Position numbers and translations under genes: made by a program. The notes beneath the pieces were generated by a model. It saw nothing but the letters and a program-made list of their open reading frames with translations, had not been told where the DNA came from and ran no database searches. A stretch of DNA of 64,000 nt from the IMG/VR virus record IMGVR_UViG_3300043409_000928, positions 1 through 64,000 of that record. The stretch is one strand, 5' to 3'. Positions 52,705-61,814 of this stretch are shown here, in pieces; the stretch's first letter is position 1; every line of letters starts with the position of its first letter.

Positions 52705-53289
52705 TCACAGCCGTTTCAAATAATCTACTAGTGGATCGTCTTTACTAAATGATACCTGTATTCCTGCACGTATTCCAGTCATTCCTTCAACGCTGTGTAT
52801 ACAAGTATTATTAAGTAGATACCATTTTCCTACAGGGGTGGGCATACGATATACTTCTGTTAAGTCTCTATAATTGTGAAATACTACTTGTGTCAATTGA
52901 TCTGTGAAAGCTGGTAAATCTTTATATCTCCAATACACAATGTCGCCACCGGAATGTTCTGTGTTATATATTAATGTAAATTCTCTACTAGTATCTACAT
53001 GAGGTGGATAAAAATTCTTTGTACCATCAACTTCTACTCTACGAAACAGTATACTTTGAGGCAATACAGTAATATTAGAACGTATCCACTCGGCAAGATC
53101 TGATTGCATTACCAGCCTAGTTTCAATAGTAGGCGTAAAAATAACAGGCTGATCTCCTATAATAATTTGACGGCCGGGCCAGGTATATTTTGATCTAGAA
53201 ACAGAGACATCTGTTACTAGTTCAAGTGGCAAAGGAGTTAAATGCTCTAACACCTTACAAAAATACTTTGTAGGTACAATGTTAGACAT
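52705..53289 (-). CDS. 2OG-Fe(II)-like DSBH protein
   Basis: PHVD ... WYLLNNTCIHSV ... R. Confidence 0.6.
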   Translation of the reverse strand: MSNIVPTKYFCKVLEHLTPLPLELVTDVSVSRSKYTWPGRQIIIGDQPVIFTPTIETRLVMQSDLAEWIRSNITVLPQSILFRRVEVDGTKNFYPPHVDTSREFTLIYNTEHSGGDIVYWRYKDLPAFTDQLTQVVFHNYRDLTEVYRMPTPVGKWYLLNNTCIHSVEGMTGIRAGIQVSFSKDDPLVDYLKRL

Positions 53290-53325
53290 TTTAAGTGATC
53301 CAACGCATATTGGGATCGCTAAAGT

Positions 53326-53508
53326 TTACCAGGCTCGGCAAGACCAATAACGGGCTTTCCATCTTGGTCCAGGATTTTCACAGTTGTGTCTTGCTCTAAA
53401 ACTCTTACGGCGGGCAGGATTACTTTTCTTGATACGCATATTAGGATCACCAAAGTTTACTTTGACCACTGTGCCTTTTTCGTTGCTAATTACCAAGCAA
53501 TGACCCAC
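53326..53508 (-). pseudogene. Apparently 5'-truncated conserved phage domain
   Basis: VVKVNFGDPNMRIKKSNPARRKSFRARHNC...YWSCRAW without a convincing start. Confidence 0.5.
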
Positions 53509-53837
53509 TGAAAAGTGGTTTGTGTAGTTGAGTTGGTTTGGCGATCAATTGTATAACCAAGGTCTGAAAAGTATTGAACTACCTTGTTCATTTGTAAAGT
53601 CTTTTGACGATCATCTCTTGCACCAGTCCAAGCATCAAAATATTCAGCGGCTGTGGCATATCCAACATCAGCGGCATTCTTGGCCATTGTACTTGTTGTT
53701 GCAACAATTACTTGAACTGCGCCGTCTGCTGACGCAAGTAAAACTTCTTCTTCTAGGTCGCGTATTTCGCGAAGAACAAAAATGTCCTGAAGCGCCTTGG
53801 TTCTAGCTTCGCTGGCTGTTAACATTATTCTACTCAT
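53490..53837 (-). CDS. Hypothetical virion-region protein
   Basis: Coupled operon. Confidence 0.7.
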   Translation of the reverse strand: MSRIMLTASEARTKALQDIFVLREIRDLEEEVLLASADGAVQVIVATTSTMAKNAADVGYATAAEYFDAWTGARDDRQKTLQMNKVVQYFSDLGYTIDRQTNSTTQTTFQWVIAW

Positions 53838-54175
53838 AATCCTAATTCCTTCTTAGCGGCCGCTGTTGCATCCTTGTTAATTTTTACTTTATTTTCTTCT
53901 GCTTTATCTTCAGTGTCTGCTGTTGGTATAGTGGTAAGCATGATTTCATTATTGTTTACATCAGCTACCAAATTGTTATTTTTTACTTTGAATGTGGAAA
54001 TAAGTCCACGAATAGCGTCAATCTGCCCGCTTGCACTAAAGCCCATCTTGTTTAAAGATTGTACTAAAGATTGCATAGGCATTTTTGCTACACCATCATT
54101 TTTGCCTTTAATTAAAAGCATCTTGATAGCGTTGGCAAAACTTTGATCTACACTAGACAGTTCAAGCAATATCAC
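53834..54175 (-). CDS. Hypothetical protein
   Basis: Coupled operon. Confidence 0.65.
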   Translation of the reverse strand: MILLELSSVDQSFANAIKMLLIKGKNDGVAKMPMQSLVQSLNKMGFSASGQIDAIRGLISTFKVKNNNLVADVNNNEIMLTTIPTADTEDKAEENKVKINKDATAAAKKELGL

Positions 54176-54791
54176 TCTTCATCTCCCTGCCAGTAGGTTC
54201 AGCTTCTGGGCCGGCGCTACTTGGGAAAATTGGAGCTTCGGCACCAGCTTCTTCACCAGGAACTGCTGGAGCAATTGCGGCACCGCCACTTGTCAATCCA
54301 GTAATAGCACTATCCAAACTGTCTTTGGTCTGTGTTAGTGTTTCAATTGCACCTTCCAATGCAGTCTTGACTGTTTGTGCGTATTGTTCACCTGCACCAT
54401 CACCAAAGCGAGCTTTGATTTGGTCTACTAGTGTGATCATATCGCTACCAAGCATGTCAGCTACATCTTCGATCATTCCTTGGAATTCGTTGTTCATTGC
54501 TTTGGCGGCAATAACTACTTCTGCTTGTTCTAGGTTGTCTTCGTCTAGATCTGCTTCAAAAATAACTGCACCAACATTGGCCAAATCTTCATAGACTTCC
54601 CTGTGTAAAATTGCACGAGCATAGGCTTCTCCGCCCTTACTTGATAATGTGTCAATTTCTTCGTTGATACGAGCCAATTCCTCACGCAAACGACGGCCAC
54701 CTAAGGTCTCGTCTACTACAATGCTTTCTTTGCGTAGGGCAGAACGAGCGGCTTTTGCCGTGTTAATTGTTGTGATATCATTAAATTTCAT
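54162..54791 (-). CDS. Acidic coiled-coil head/scaffold-like protein
   Basis: Late promoter TAAATA, GGAG RBS; E-rich. Confidence 0.65.
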   Translation of the reverse strand: MKFNDITTINTAKAARSALRKESIVVDETLGGRRLREELARINEEIDTLSSKGGEAYARAILHREVYEDLANVGAVIFEADLDEDNLEQAEVVIAAKAMNNEFQGMIEDVADMLGSDMITLVDQIKARFGDGAGEQYAQTVKTALEGAIETLTQTKDSLDSAITGLTSGGAAIAPAVPGEEAGAEAPIFPSSAGPEAEPTGREMKSDIA

Positions 54792-54811
54792 AATGTTCTC
54801 CAGTGATCTAT

Positions 54812-55078
54812 TTAGCGTCTTTTTTTGTTTAATCGCGTTACTCGCTTACTTAACGGATTATACTTTTTGGTTCTGCGTGTTTTCATAATAATTCTGCCGC
54901 GCATTCTTGCTTTTGTACGCTTAAACTGAATACGTTTTTTAATATCTATTTTTTTACTACAGCTACTAGCGGCACTTACAACTCGGCCTTTTCTACGACC
55001 AGAAGTACAACGTACTTTGCGCTTGATTTTTTTACCTCTGCGGGCCCAGACGATTTTGGCTTCTACTAGTATTTTCAT
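54812..55078 (-). CDS. Highly basic Lys/Arg-rich protein
   Basis: Roughly 40% K+R. Confidence 0.7.
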   Translation of the reverse strand: MKILVEAKIVWARRGKKIKRKVRCTSGRRKGRVVSAASSCSKKIDIKKRIQFKRTKARMRGRIIMKTRRTKKYNPLSKRVTRLNKKRR

Positions 55079-55081
55079 TTA

Positions 55082-55369
55082 TTATTTTGGTAAATGTGTA
55101 ATTACATATCCCAATAGTGCAAGCAATCCTACAATAATTGTTGCGGTTGATGTTACCATTATTTTAAACTTTTCGTCTTTGGCATTGGATAATAAACTTT
55201 TGATTTCATTGCAACTTTTACGATTTTCGTCTTTGAAATTGCTAAAATCATCATGTAATCTGTTTATGCGTTCTTCAACCTGCTCAAATTTTTCTTCCAA
55301 TCTCGAATAGCGTTCAGCACACAACTCAACATGCAGTTCTAAGCTCGTAGATTCAATTTTACTCATCAC
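55082..55369 (-). CDS. Coiled-coil protein with C-terminal TM
   Basis: HVELCAERY; hydrophobic tail. Confidence 0.7.
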   Translation of the reverse strand: MMSKIESTSLELHVELCAERYSRLEEKFEQVEERINRLHDDFSNFKDENRKSCNEIKSLLSNAKDEKFKIMVTSTATIIVGLLALLGYVITHLPK

Positions 55370-55479
55370 ACTCTTTCCATAGTTGTATTACACCCATTCT
55401 TATGAGTATAAATTTCAATCTGTAACGGAGCCTAGGTGAGTCGTTGTAACGGGTTTTTAATTATACTATATTTAGTCAA

Positions 55480-55890
55480 TTAGAAAGAATCGTAGCGTAT
55501 AAAAAACGTATTGGTTTTTCTTCCCTTGGTAATAATCTTGTCAGACAGCTTGGCAGTTTCTGCTAAACCAGTGGTCATAAGCTTACCTTCTGCATCGTCC
55601 CTAAGGGTGTCTTCGGTCATCTGGCCAATTGCACTGGTGATCCATTTCAAACACCATACTCGATGCGTTCCGCTATAATCCTTACCAAATAATCCATTGG
55701 TTAAGTCTTGGTCGTCAATTACTTCAACTCCAGCAAGTAAAGGTTGTCCCCTATTTGAAATAGTGTTCATAAGCTGTGCCAGATTATCTGAACTGGACGG
55801 ACCAATATCATACAATGTCCATACGCTGAAAAACTCTGGATCTGCTCCAAGGTGTGCCCCTGGAATCATGTAAGATTTTTTATCTGACAT
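55480..55890 (-). CDS. Hypothetical protein
   Basis: ORF track. Confidence 0.65.
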   Translation of the reverse strand: MSDKKSYMIPGAHLGADPEFFSVWTLYDIGPSSSDNLAQLMNTISNRGQPLLAGVEVIDDQDLTNGLFGKDYSGTHRVWCLKWITSAIGQMTEDTLRDDAEGKLMTTGLAETAKLSDKIITKGRKTNTFFIRYDSF

Positions 55891-56666
55891 TACGAAGATC
55901 TGACAAGTGCCTTGGCCAACATATGACCGGCGGCGGCCCCTACTCCTATTTTTGCCAGGGTTGAAAGAAAACCGTTGCCTGTTCGGGTTCCTGCTAGGCC
56001 TGCGCCGCCAACTGCGGCAAGTTCAGCATTGCCTACATCGGTCAATTCCATTCCCTTATTCTTTGACAGTAATTCAAGCACCGGCAGTAGTTCACTGCGC
56101 TTACCACGAAGTCTATAATACTGAAGTAACCTGGTGACGCACATGTGTTTTTGGTATGTGGTACCATTTTCCCAATCTGTGATTAATCTGCGTAGACTTT
56201 TATAGTTGCTGATATCAATGTTCATTTGTCCTTCTATGCGATACATCAACCGAATTGCAGTGGTTCTATCAAGAGTGCCTGTTGCAATTCCTCGCAAGAA
56301 GTCTTTGATCATTTTAGAATTTACTTTAATTTGATCGGATAAGACTTTATTTTGTTCTAGTGCTTTTAGTTGTGCCGCAGTCTTACTATTTGGATTAAGA
56401 ATGATATGCAGGCCCTGATATAAGTCAGTGCCACCAACTCTAGGAAGAGCAAAATTACCATACTGCAATGTTCTCTGTGCATAGTTTTGAGCAAATGGTG
56501 CTGTTTCAAATTCTTTGCTTAACATATAAAGTGTCAACAAGTTTAAAAATACACTATCTACTGCATCACGCAGAGTTAACTGAGATAGGTAGTTATTACG
56601 AAACATTTTGCTTTCGTTGCAGTTTTCTAAAATAAAACTAAAGCTTTCGTCTTTATTCTCTTCCAT
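55890..56666 (-). CDS. Hypothetical virion-region protein
   Basis: ORF track. Confidence 0.7.
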   Translation of the reverse strand: MEENKDESFSFILENCNESKMFRNNYLSQLTLRDAVDSVFLNLLTLYMLSKEFETAPFAQNYAQRTLQYGNFALPRVGGTDLYQGLHIILNPNSKTAAQLKALEQNKVLSDQIKVNSKMIKDFLRGIATGTLDRTTAIRLMYRIEGQMNIDISNYKSLRRLITDWENGTTYQKHMCVTRLLQYYRLRGKRSELLPVLELLSKNKGMELTDVGNAELAAVGGAGLAGTRTGNGFLSTLAKIGVGAAAGHMLAKALVRSS

Positions 56667-56667
56667 A

Positions 56668-59600
56668 TTATACCTTTTTCATAAACACGGGCCTGTTGAC
56701 TATCTTGATCTTGCCGTGTGGTGTATCTGCAACAAAGCCTTCGTGCCCTGGTTCGTCTCTTACACTTGCTACTACTGAATTATTTTCGCTTGCGTGATTA
56801 TCAAGTTGACTCTTTAGCATGTATTTTAAATTAACAATAGCATTGGCCAATTTAAATACAGCATCAAATCCTGCTTTGTTCTTGATCAAGTGGTCACTTA
56901 CATTTTGCAACTTGGAAGCTGTCAACTTGCTGTCTGGGCTTTGCAACCAATCAGTAAACTCTTTTTGTGTCAGCCCGTTTTCACCTCTGTATGCTTTGGC
57001 ATTTAGGAAGCTTTTAAATATGTCTGGCAAATTAGAAATCTTCATTGAGCTCATTGACATGTTATCCAATAACTTGTCAATTGACGGTCCTTTGGCAGTG
57101 ATAAACTGTTTGACTTTTTCTACTTCATTGGCTGGCAATACAAACGAACCTGTGCTAATTTGCATTACTGGACTTAGAACTACCAATCCTGGACTTGACT
57201 TTAATGTTTCAATTTCTGCTGGCGTCAGTGCTCTTGGCTCTTCTTCACTCTTATCGCTAAAATAGCTATGAACTACAATACCAGCTTGACTCTTAGAAAT
57301 TTTCTTGCCCAAGTCGCTACTGGCATCAACTGTGTATTTTACCTTTAACGGCTGGATGTCAATTACACCGTCATGCACCTGTGGGGTGTTCATCCACATG
57401 ATGTCACCTTGGATAAATCCACGGAATCTAGAAGGAACAATCTTTTCCAGCATTGGATATAGTCTGGCCAACTGAGTTGAATACTCTAGACGACCTGGTT
57501 GATCTGGCTTGCGATCAAAAATCATATCCCTAAACATTTTAGTACTTCTTGCCATACCATCATATTTCTTGGCACCAAAGCCCGACTTGTCAGTCATGAT
57601 AAAACCTTGGTCATCCCGTCCAAATATGATTGCTGGTGTGCCGTCCCATTTAACTGAGTTAACGCTGGGATTGTGTGCGGCATGTATGATTGCTTCTACT
57701 GCTCGCGTTGCTCCAGCAGATCCTTCTTCAAATACTAGATCTTCAGGATGGTCAATACGAGCCTTGGCTTCAGTTAGCATATTAATCTTAGAGTTTAAAA
57801 TTCTTCTGCTTTCTGTTTTAGTTTCTGCCTGCTGAACAATTTGTGCAATCTGTTGTTTCACTGCATCTGGTAGATCTTGTCCACTCTTTTTAATGTTTGC
57901 GTACACACTTGTCATTAGGTCTACATCAGCAAATACACTTGGATTTGTTGTTGGAGTTGCCGGTGCTGTTGGCTCAGTAGGTTCTGTGGTTGCAGTAGGT
58001 TCCGTCGTAGTCGTTGTTGTTGCAGTAGGTTCTATTGTCGTAGTTGTTGCAGTATCAGGTGCAGTATCAGGTGCAGTATCAGGTGTAGTTGGTTTTGCTG
58101 GAGCAGTAGTTGGTGCCGCAGGAGCAATTTTTAATGTATCGTATGTTGCTTTGACAACACCTTTTTCCACGCCCTGCTGTTGCAAGAAGTCGGAAATATC
58201 ATCACTGTCCATTGGACTACCAGCCTTAACCCATGCCTGTTGTAATTTATCAGCAGTTATTTTGTTAGTTAAGTTTCCACCTGTAACTGCAAGCTTTTGC
58301 AATACCTTGGTAGCACCCTTTTGTATTTGGGTAAGCATACCTGGCTCTTCGTAGATGTACTGAACTGCTTCAAATACTGCACGTTGTTGACCGCGCATCA
58401 ATCGTTTGCCTTCGAGAGTAAACAATCGTTTAGCATTGTCTTTGTCTATAAACAACTGATGCATTTTTGTTGAAGTATCGCGCTGAATGTTATTCAGCCT
58501 ATCAGTAGACGGATCGTCAATAATCCTATTAAATAATCCACCACCGATAATTTTCCACTCTTTTCCTTCTTCGCCTGTCCACTGAGCATTGCTTGGTTCA
58601 CCCTTGGCGCCAAATTGTACAATGTCACCAACCTGTCGATTACCTGGACCACTTTGTACTTTGTCTGCATCTGTGTCTAGTGTAGTACCTTTTGGTTCTT
58701 CAGCGGCTGACTTATCATCTTTACCGGGCATTGCACTTGCGCCTGCGGCTACACCTTGTGCCAATGCTATTATTGCATCACCAACTTGGTTCATGCCATC
58801 TCTAACTGTATCGTAAGTTGTGAATGCTACCTCAGTTGAGTCACCAAGAGCTTTCTGAACTATATCAGCATATTGTTGAGTTGATAATTCTGCCAATTTG
58901 GAATTAAATGCTTGTAATGCCATTGCGGCATCTGCTCCATTACCGCCCGGGGGAACTGCATCATAAAATGCGGACTTCAACCCATCAAGTTGTGTGTAGT
59001 CGGCTTTTAACATTGGCATGTCTGTTACATTGATATACTGAGTATTGTTAACAGTTACATCCATTTTAACATTGCCAACTACATCATTAATTGCTGTTAT
59101 GTTAGTAGTAATTCCAATTAAGTCTGCAATCTGGTCTGCTACTGCAATGACTGCATCTTTAACTAGCTCAAATGCTTTACCTGTTAACCAAGTAATAGCG
59201 GCTGTCTTGAGTCCTCGTCCAATTGCTGTAGACAACTTTTCGCCCTTGACCAAATCAAGGCTGGCCCGTAGTGTAAATGCTACTAGTGTGCCTGCGGCTG
59301 GACTACCTGCGATACTTGCAATCACAGTTAACAGGCCAATGATTGCGGCAGTTGTGCCTGGATTTTCTTTGGCGGCACCTGCTAGGGCATTGATGCCCAT
59401 CATAACTTTGCTGTTGTCCCCTAGCTTGCCTTTGATATCTCGTTTTAACTGTTCAAACTTTTGATCAAATGCAACTACTACTTTGGTATCTTGTAGCCAT
59501 ACTCCAACTTGATCAATAATTTTATTTGCTTCCTTGGCAACATCCACGCCCTTACCAATTAAGGTACGATTGTTACCACTGGCTGATGCACTTTGTTCTA

Positions 59601-59805
59601 CGCCTTGGAAAATTTGATTCACTTGATCCTGTGATAGAACTGCTTCTATCAATGGCGTAAACTCTTTATAAATTCTGTTTACTACATATGACTGTTCTGC
59701 TGTAAGCCCACTAACTGACTCAGCAAGGATTGCCCTACTATTAGCCAATGCTTCTGTAAGACTCTTCTTCCTAGCGGTCATTTGGTTAACTTCTTTAATT
59801 TTCAT
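56668..59805 (-). CDS. Large multidomain head-associated protein with C-terminal ligase-like nucleotidyltransferase domain
   Basis: HPED..SVKWDG..EGFV..KIVNR; Thr/Pro linker; TM-like segment. Confidence 0.7.
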   Translation of the reverse strand: MKIKEVNQMTARKKSLTEALANSRAILAESVSGLTAEQSYVVNRIYKEFTPLIEAVLSQDQVNQIFQGVEQSASASGNNRTLIGKGVDVAKEANKIIDQVGVWLQDTKVVVAFDQKFEQLKRDIKGKLGDNSKVMMGINALAGAAKENPGTTAAIIGLLTVIASIAGSPAAGTLVAFTLRASLDLVKGEKLSTAIGRGLKTAAITWLTGKAFELVKDAVIAVADQIADLIGITTNITAINDVVGNVKMDVTVNNTQYINVTDMPMLKADYTQLDGLKSAFYDAVPPGGNGADAAMALQAFNSKLAELSTQQYADIVQKALGDSTEVAFTTYDTVRDGMNQVGDAIIALAQGVAAGASAMPGKDDKSAAEEPKGTTLDTDADKVQSGPGNRQVGDIVQFGAKGEPSNAQWTGEEGKEWKIIGGGLFNRIIDDPSTDRLNNIQRDTSTKMHQLFIDKDNAKRLFTLEGKRLMRGQQRAVFEAVQYIYEEPGMLTQIQKGATKVLQKLAVTGGNLTNKITADKLQQAWVKAGSPMDSDDISDFLQQQGVEKGVVKATYDTLKIAPAAPTTAPAKPTTPDTAPDTAPDTATTTTIEPTATTTTTTEPTATTEPTEPTAPATPTTNPSVFADVDLMTSVYANIKKSGQDLPDAVKQQIAQIVQQAETKTESRRILNSKINMLTEAKARIDHPEDLVFEEGSAGATRAVEAIIHAAHNPSVNSVKWDGTPAIIFGRDDQGFIMTDKSGFGAKKYDGMARSTKMFRDMIFDRKPDQPGRLEYSTQLARLYPMLEKIVPSRFRGFIQGDIMWMNTPQVHDGVIDIQPLKVKYTVDASSDLGKKISKSQAGIVVHSYFSDKSEEEPRALTPAEIETLKSSPGLVVLSPVMQISTGSFVLPANEVEKVKQFITAKGPSIDKLLDNMSMSSMKISNLPDIFKSFLNAKAYRGENGLTQKEFTDWLQSPDSKLTASKLQNVSDHLIKNKAGFDAVFKLANAIVNLKYMLKSQLDNHASENNSVVASVRDEPGHEGFVADTPHGKIKIVNRPVFMKKV
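57950..58125 (-). repeat. Thr/Pro-coding low-complexity repeats
   Basis: gcagtatcaggt x3; EPTAT repeats. Confidence 0.7.
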
Positions 59806-61076
59806 CTTGTCATTTCCTTGAATAACGCTAGGAGTTTTGGATTATCTGCAAGGGTGCCGCCTGCGTCAGTAAACTTTTTCCATTCTGTACCAAATGCGGC
59901 TGGTTCCATTAATTGTGTATTTGCAAAAATCTGTTTATTGGCTTCTGGGCTTGCACCTGGTAACGGTGCATTAGTGCCCGGCTTGCCACCTGCGGTAGTA
60001 GCCGTGGCGGCTGTTGTTGCTGTAGTTGTAGTAGCTGTTGCGGCATCTTTCTCACCACCTACATCAGTTGATGCTGGGGAGCCGCCACCTACTTTCAATG
60101 ACTGGCTTTGTTTGTCAAATGCTATTGACCAGTCAACTACCAATTGTACACTGGCCTTTGGTCTACCAGTTTTGGCCACTTCTGCAAACGCAAGGGTAAG
60201 AAATGCCTTGAACATTCCCTGGATGGCTTCAGCCACCTGTTTTACCTTTTCTTCTACTACTGTGGTATCAGTTGAAGGATTATGCGACACTAGGAATATT
60301 TTTAAATTTCCCGGAGACACCAATTGTGGTGTATTCTGTACCAATGCTTCTAGCTTGGCTGATGGTAAATTTGCATACTTGTCTTTGATTGCTTTTGTAA
60401 TGCTAACAAAAACTAAGTTTTCAATATTGTCTTTGTAATTTTGATCTGGTGACAGGCCGCTGGTTGGATCTAATAATAGTTCTGTTACTTGTGAGCTAAA
60501 CTGTTCAAAGCTTTGCTTAACAGTCTCATCTGCTTTAAATGGGGTATTGTTTAGATCTTGCCCTTCAGACAGTACCATTGCTGATGCAATGCAAAGTGAT
60601 ATACTATCTATAGCTTGATCAAATTTTAAATTTGGTAATTGCTCTGGTGCTTCACCGTTTTGTGCAACTTGAACAATCACATCTAACAACTGGTTTATAC
60701 CACCGCCTGCAATTTGTACCACTGATTGCTTGTTCTTTTGCATGTACTCAATTATCTGGTCTGCACTAATTGGTGTATTGTCTGCTTTGGAAACATTTTG
60801 TGCCGCAGTTAATGCCAACTTAATAATTGCTGAAAAAGGTACAGGGGATTTGCCTTGCTGTACTGACATATAGGTATTGCCCAGGGCCTTACGAAGTTCT
60901 CCACCAAATCCATTTTTAATGGAATCTGCAAGTTTTTTCATTGCGGCGCCTTGGCCTTGAAGACTTCTAATAAAACCAGTGATACCATCTCCGCCGCTTG
61001 CGGCCTGTGCAGAAGCTATCAGATTATCTAAAAATCCTTCTTCAAGTTGAATCTTTTTTATTTCATTAACTTTCAC
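59802..61076 (-). CDS. Putative internal virion protein
   Basis: MKVNEI..LEEG start; Thr/Ala run. Confidence 0.7.
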   Translation of the reverse strand: MKVNEIKKIQLEEGFLDNLIASAQAASGGDGITGFIRSLQGQGAAMKKLADSIKNGFGGELRKALGNTYMSVQQGKSPVPFSAIIKLALTAAQNVSKADNTPISADQIIEYMQKNKQSVVQIAGGGINQLLDVIVQVAQNGEAPEQLPNLKFDQAIDSISLCIASAMVLSEGQDLNNTPFKADETVKQSFEQFSSQVTELLLDPTSGLSPDQNYKDNIENLVFVSITKAIKDKYANLPSAKLEALVQNTPQLVSPGNLKIFLVSHNPSTDTTVVEEKVKQVAEAIQGMFKAFLTLAFAEVAKTGRPKASVQLVVDWSIAFDKQSQSLKVGGGSPASTDVGGEKDAATATTTTATTAATATTAGGKPGTNAPLPGASPEANKQIFANTQLMEPAAFGTEWKKFTDAGGTLADNPKLLALFKEMTR

Positions 61077-61324
61077 TGTTCGCGTTCCTTAATGGCTCTG
61101 ATGCCGCGAGTAAACTTCGCAATATCTCCGTTTTTAATAGCCAACTGCAATCGTCGGATTAGTTCCTCAGATTGATGCTGTGGATAGTTCTGTTCAATTA
61201 CTTCCATTAGGTTAACAATACGGGCAATGGCTTGCACAGCCAGGCCTTCAACAATCAAATTCTTGTCTTGTTTAGGTACTAGCCCTGTAATTTCGTCTAA
61301 TATACTACGAGTGTGTTTACGCAT
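61073..61324 (-). CDS. Conserved phage hypothetical protein
   Basis: TRSILDEI; late promoter. Confidence 0.7.
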   Translation of the reverse strand: MRKHTRSILDEITGLVPKQDKNLIVEGLAVQAIARIVNLMEVIEQNYPQHQSEELIRRLQLAIKNGDIAKFTRGIRAIKEREQ

Positions 61325-61370
61325 GATCGTTGTTATTTATGCTAAATAATGTTAATAGGAGATTGTACAA

Positions 61371-61814
61371 ATGCAATTATCGCCAAGTGCCCAAGAGTTA
61401 AGAGACTTATCCAACCGTATTGCTCGCATAACCGAGTATAATACGCAAGATGATACAAATGAACCAGATGTAGACATTACGCCTACTGATTTATCACGTT
61501 TAAAAATAGCATTACGACCCCTTGTAAGCGATGATTTGCAAAGTCGCTTTATGCAGGTGCTAAACAAAATGGTTAGCGGACAACCAGTCACCTTTTCTGA
61601 AAGTAAACTTTTAACTTCTGCATTTATTAGTATGGCTGACATTATTTCAGGCGATAACTCTTTAATTTCGCGCTTACGCAAAGACATTCGTGATTACAAT
61701 GACCAGCATGACGCAGATAGCGAAGAAGATATTGCGGCTGATGTTTCTCCGGACATGTCTTTTGATGCTTCCGCAGACGAAGAATTACCAAAAGACAACC
61801 GCGAACTAAAGTGA
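61371..61814 (+). CDS. Hypothetical protein
   Basis: TAAATA plus AGGAG RBS. Confidence 0.7.
   Translation: MQLSPSAQELRDLSNRIARITEYNTQDDTNEPDVDITPTDLSRLKIALRPLVSDDLQSRFMQVLNKMVSGQPVTFSESKLLTSAFISMADIISGDNSLISRLRKDIRDYNDQHDADSEEDIAADVSPDMSFDASADEELPKDNRELK

Noticed and set aside
42441-60438. Long antisense ORFs (e.g. 42441, 56819, 57893, 59782)
   Set aside because: Shadows of well-supported genes on the opposite strand.
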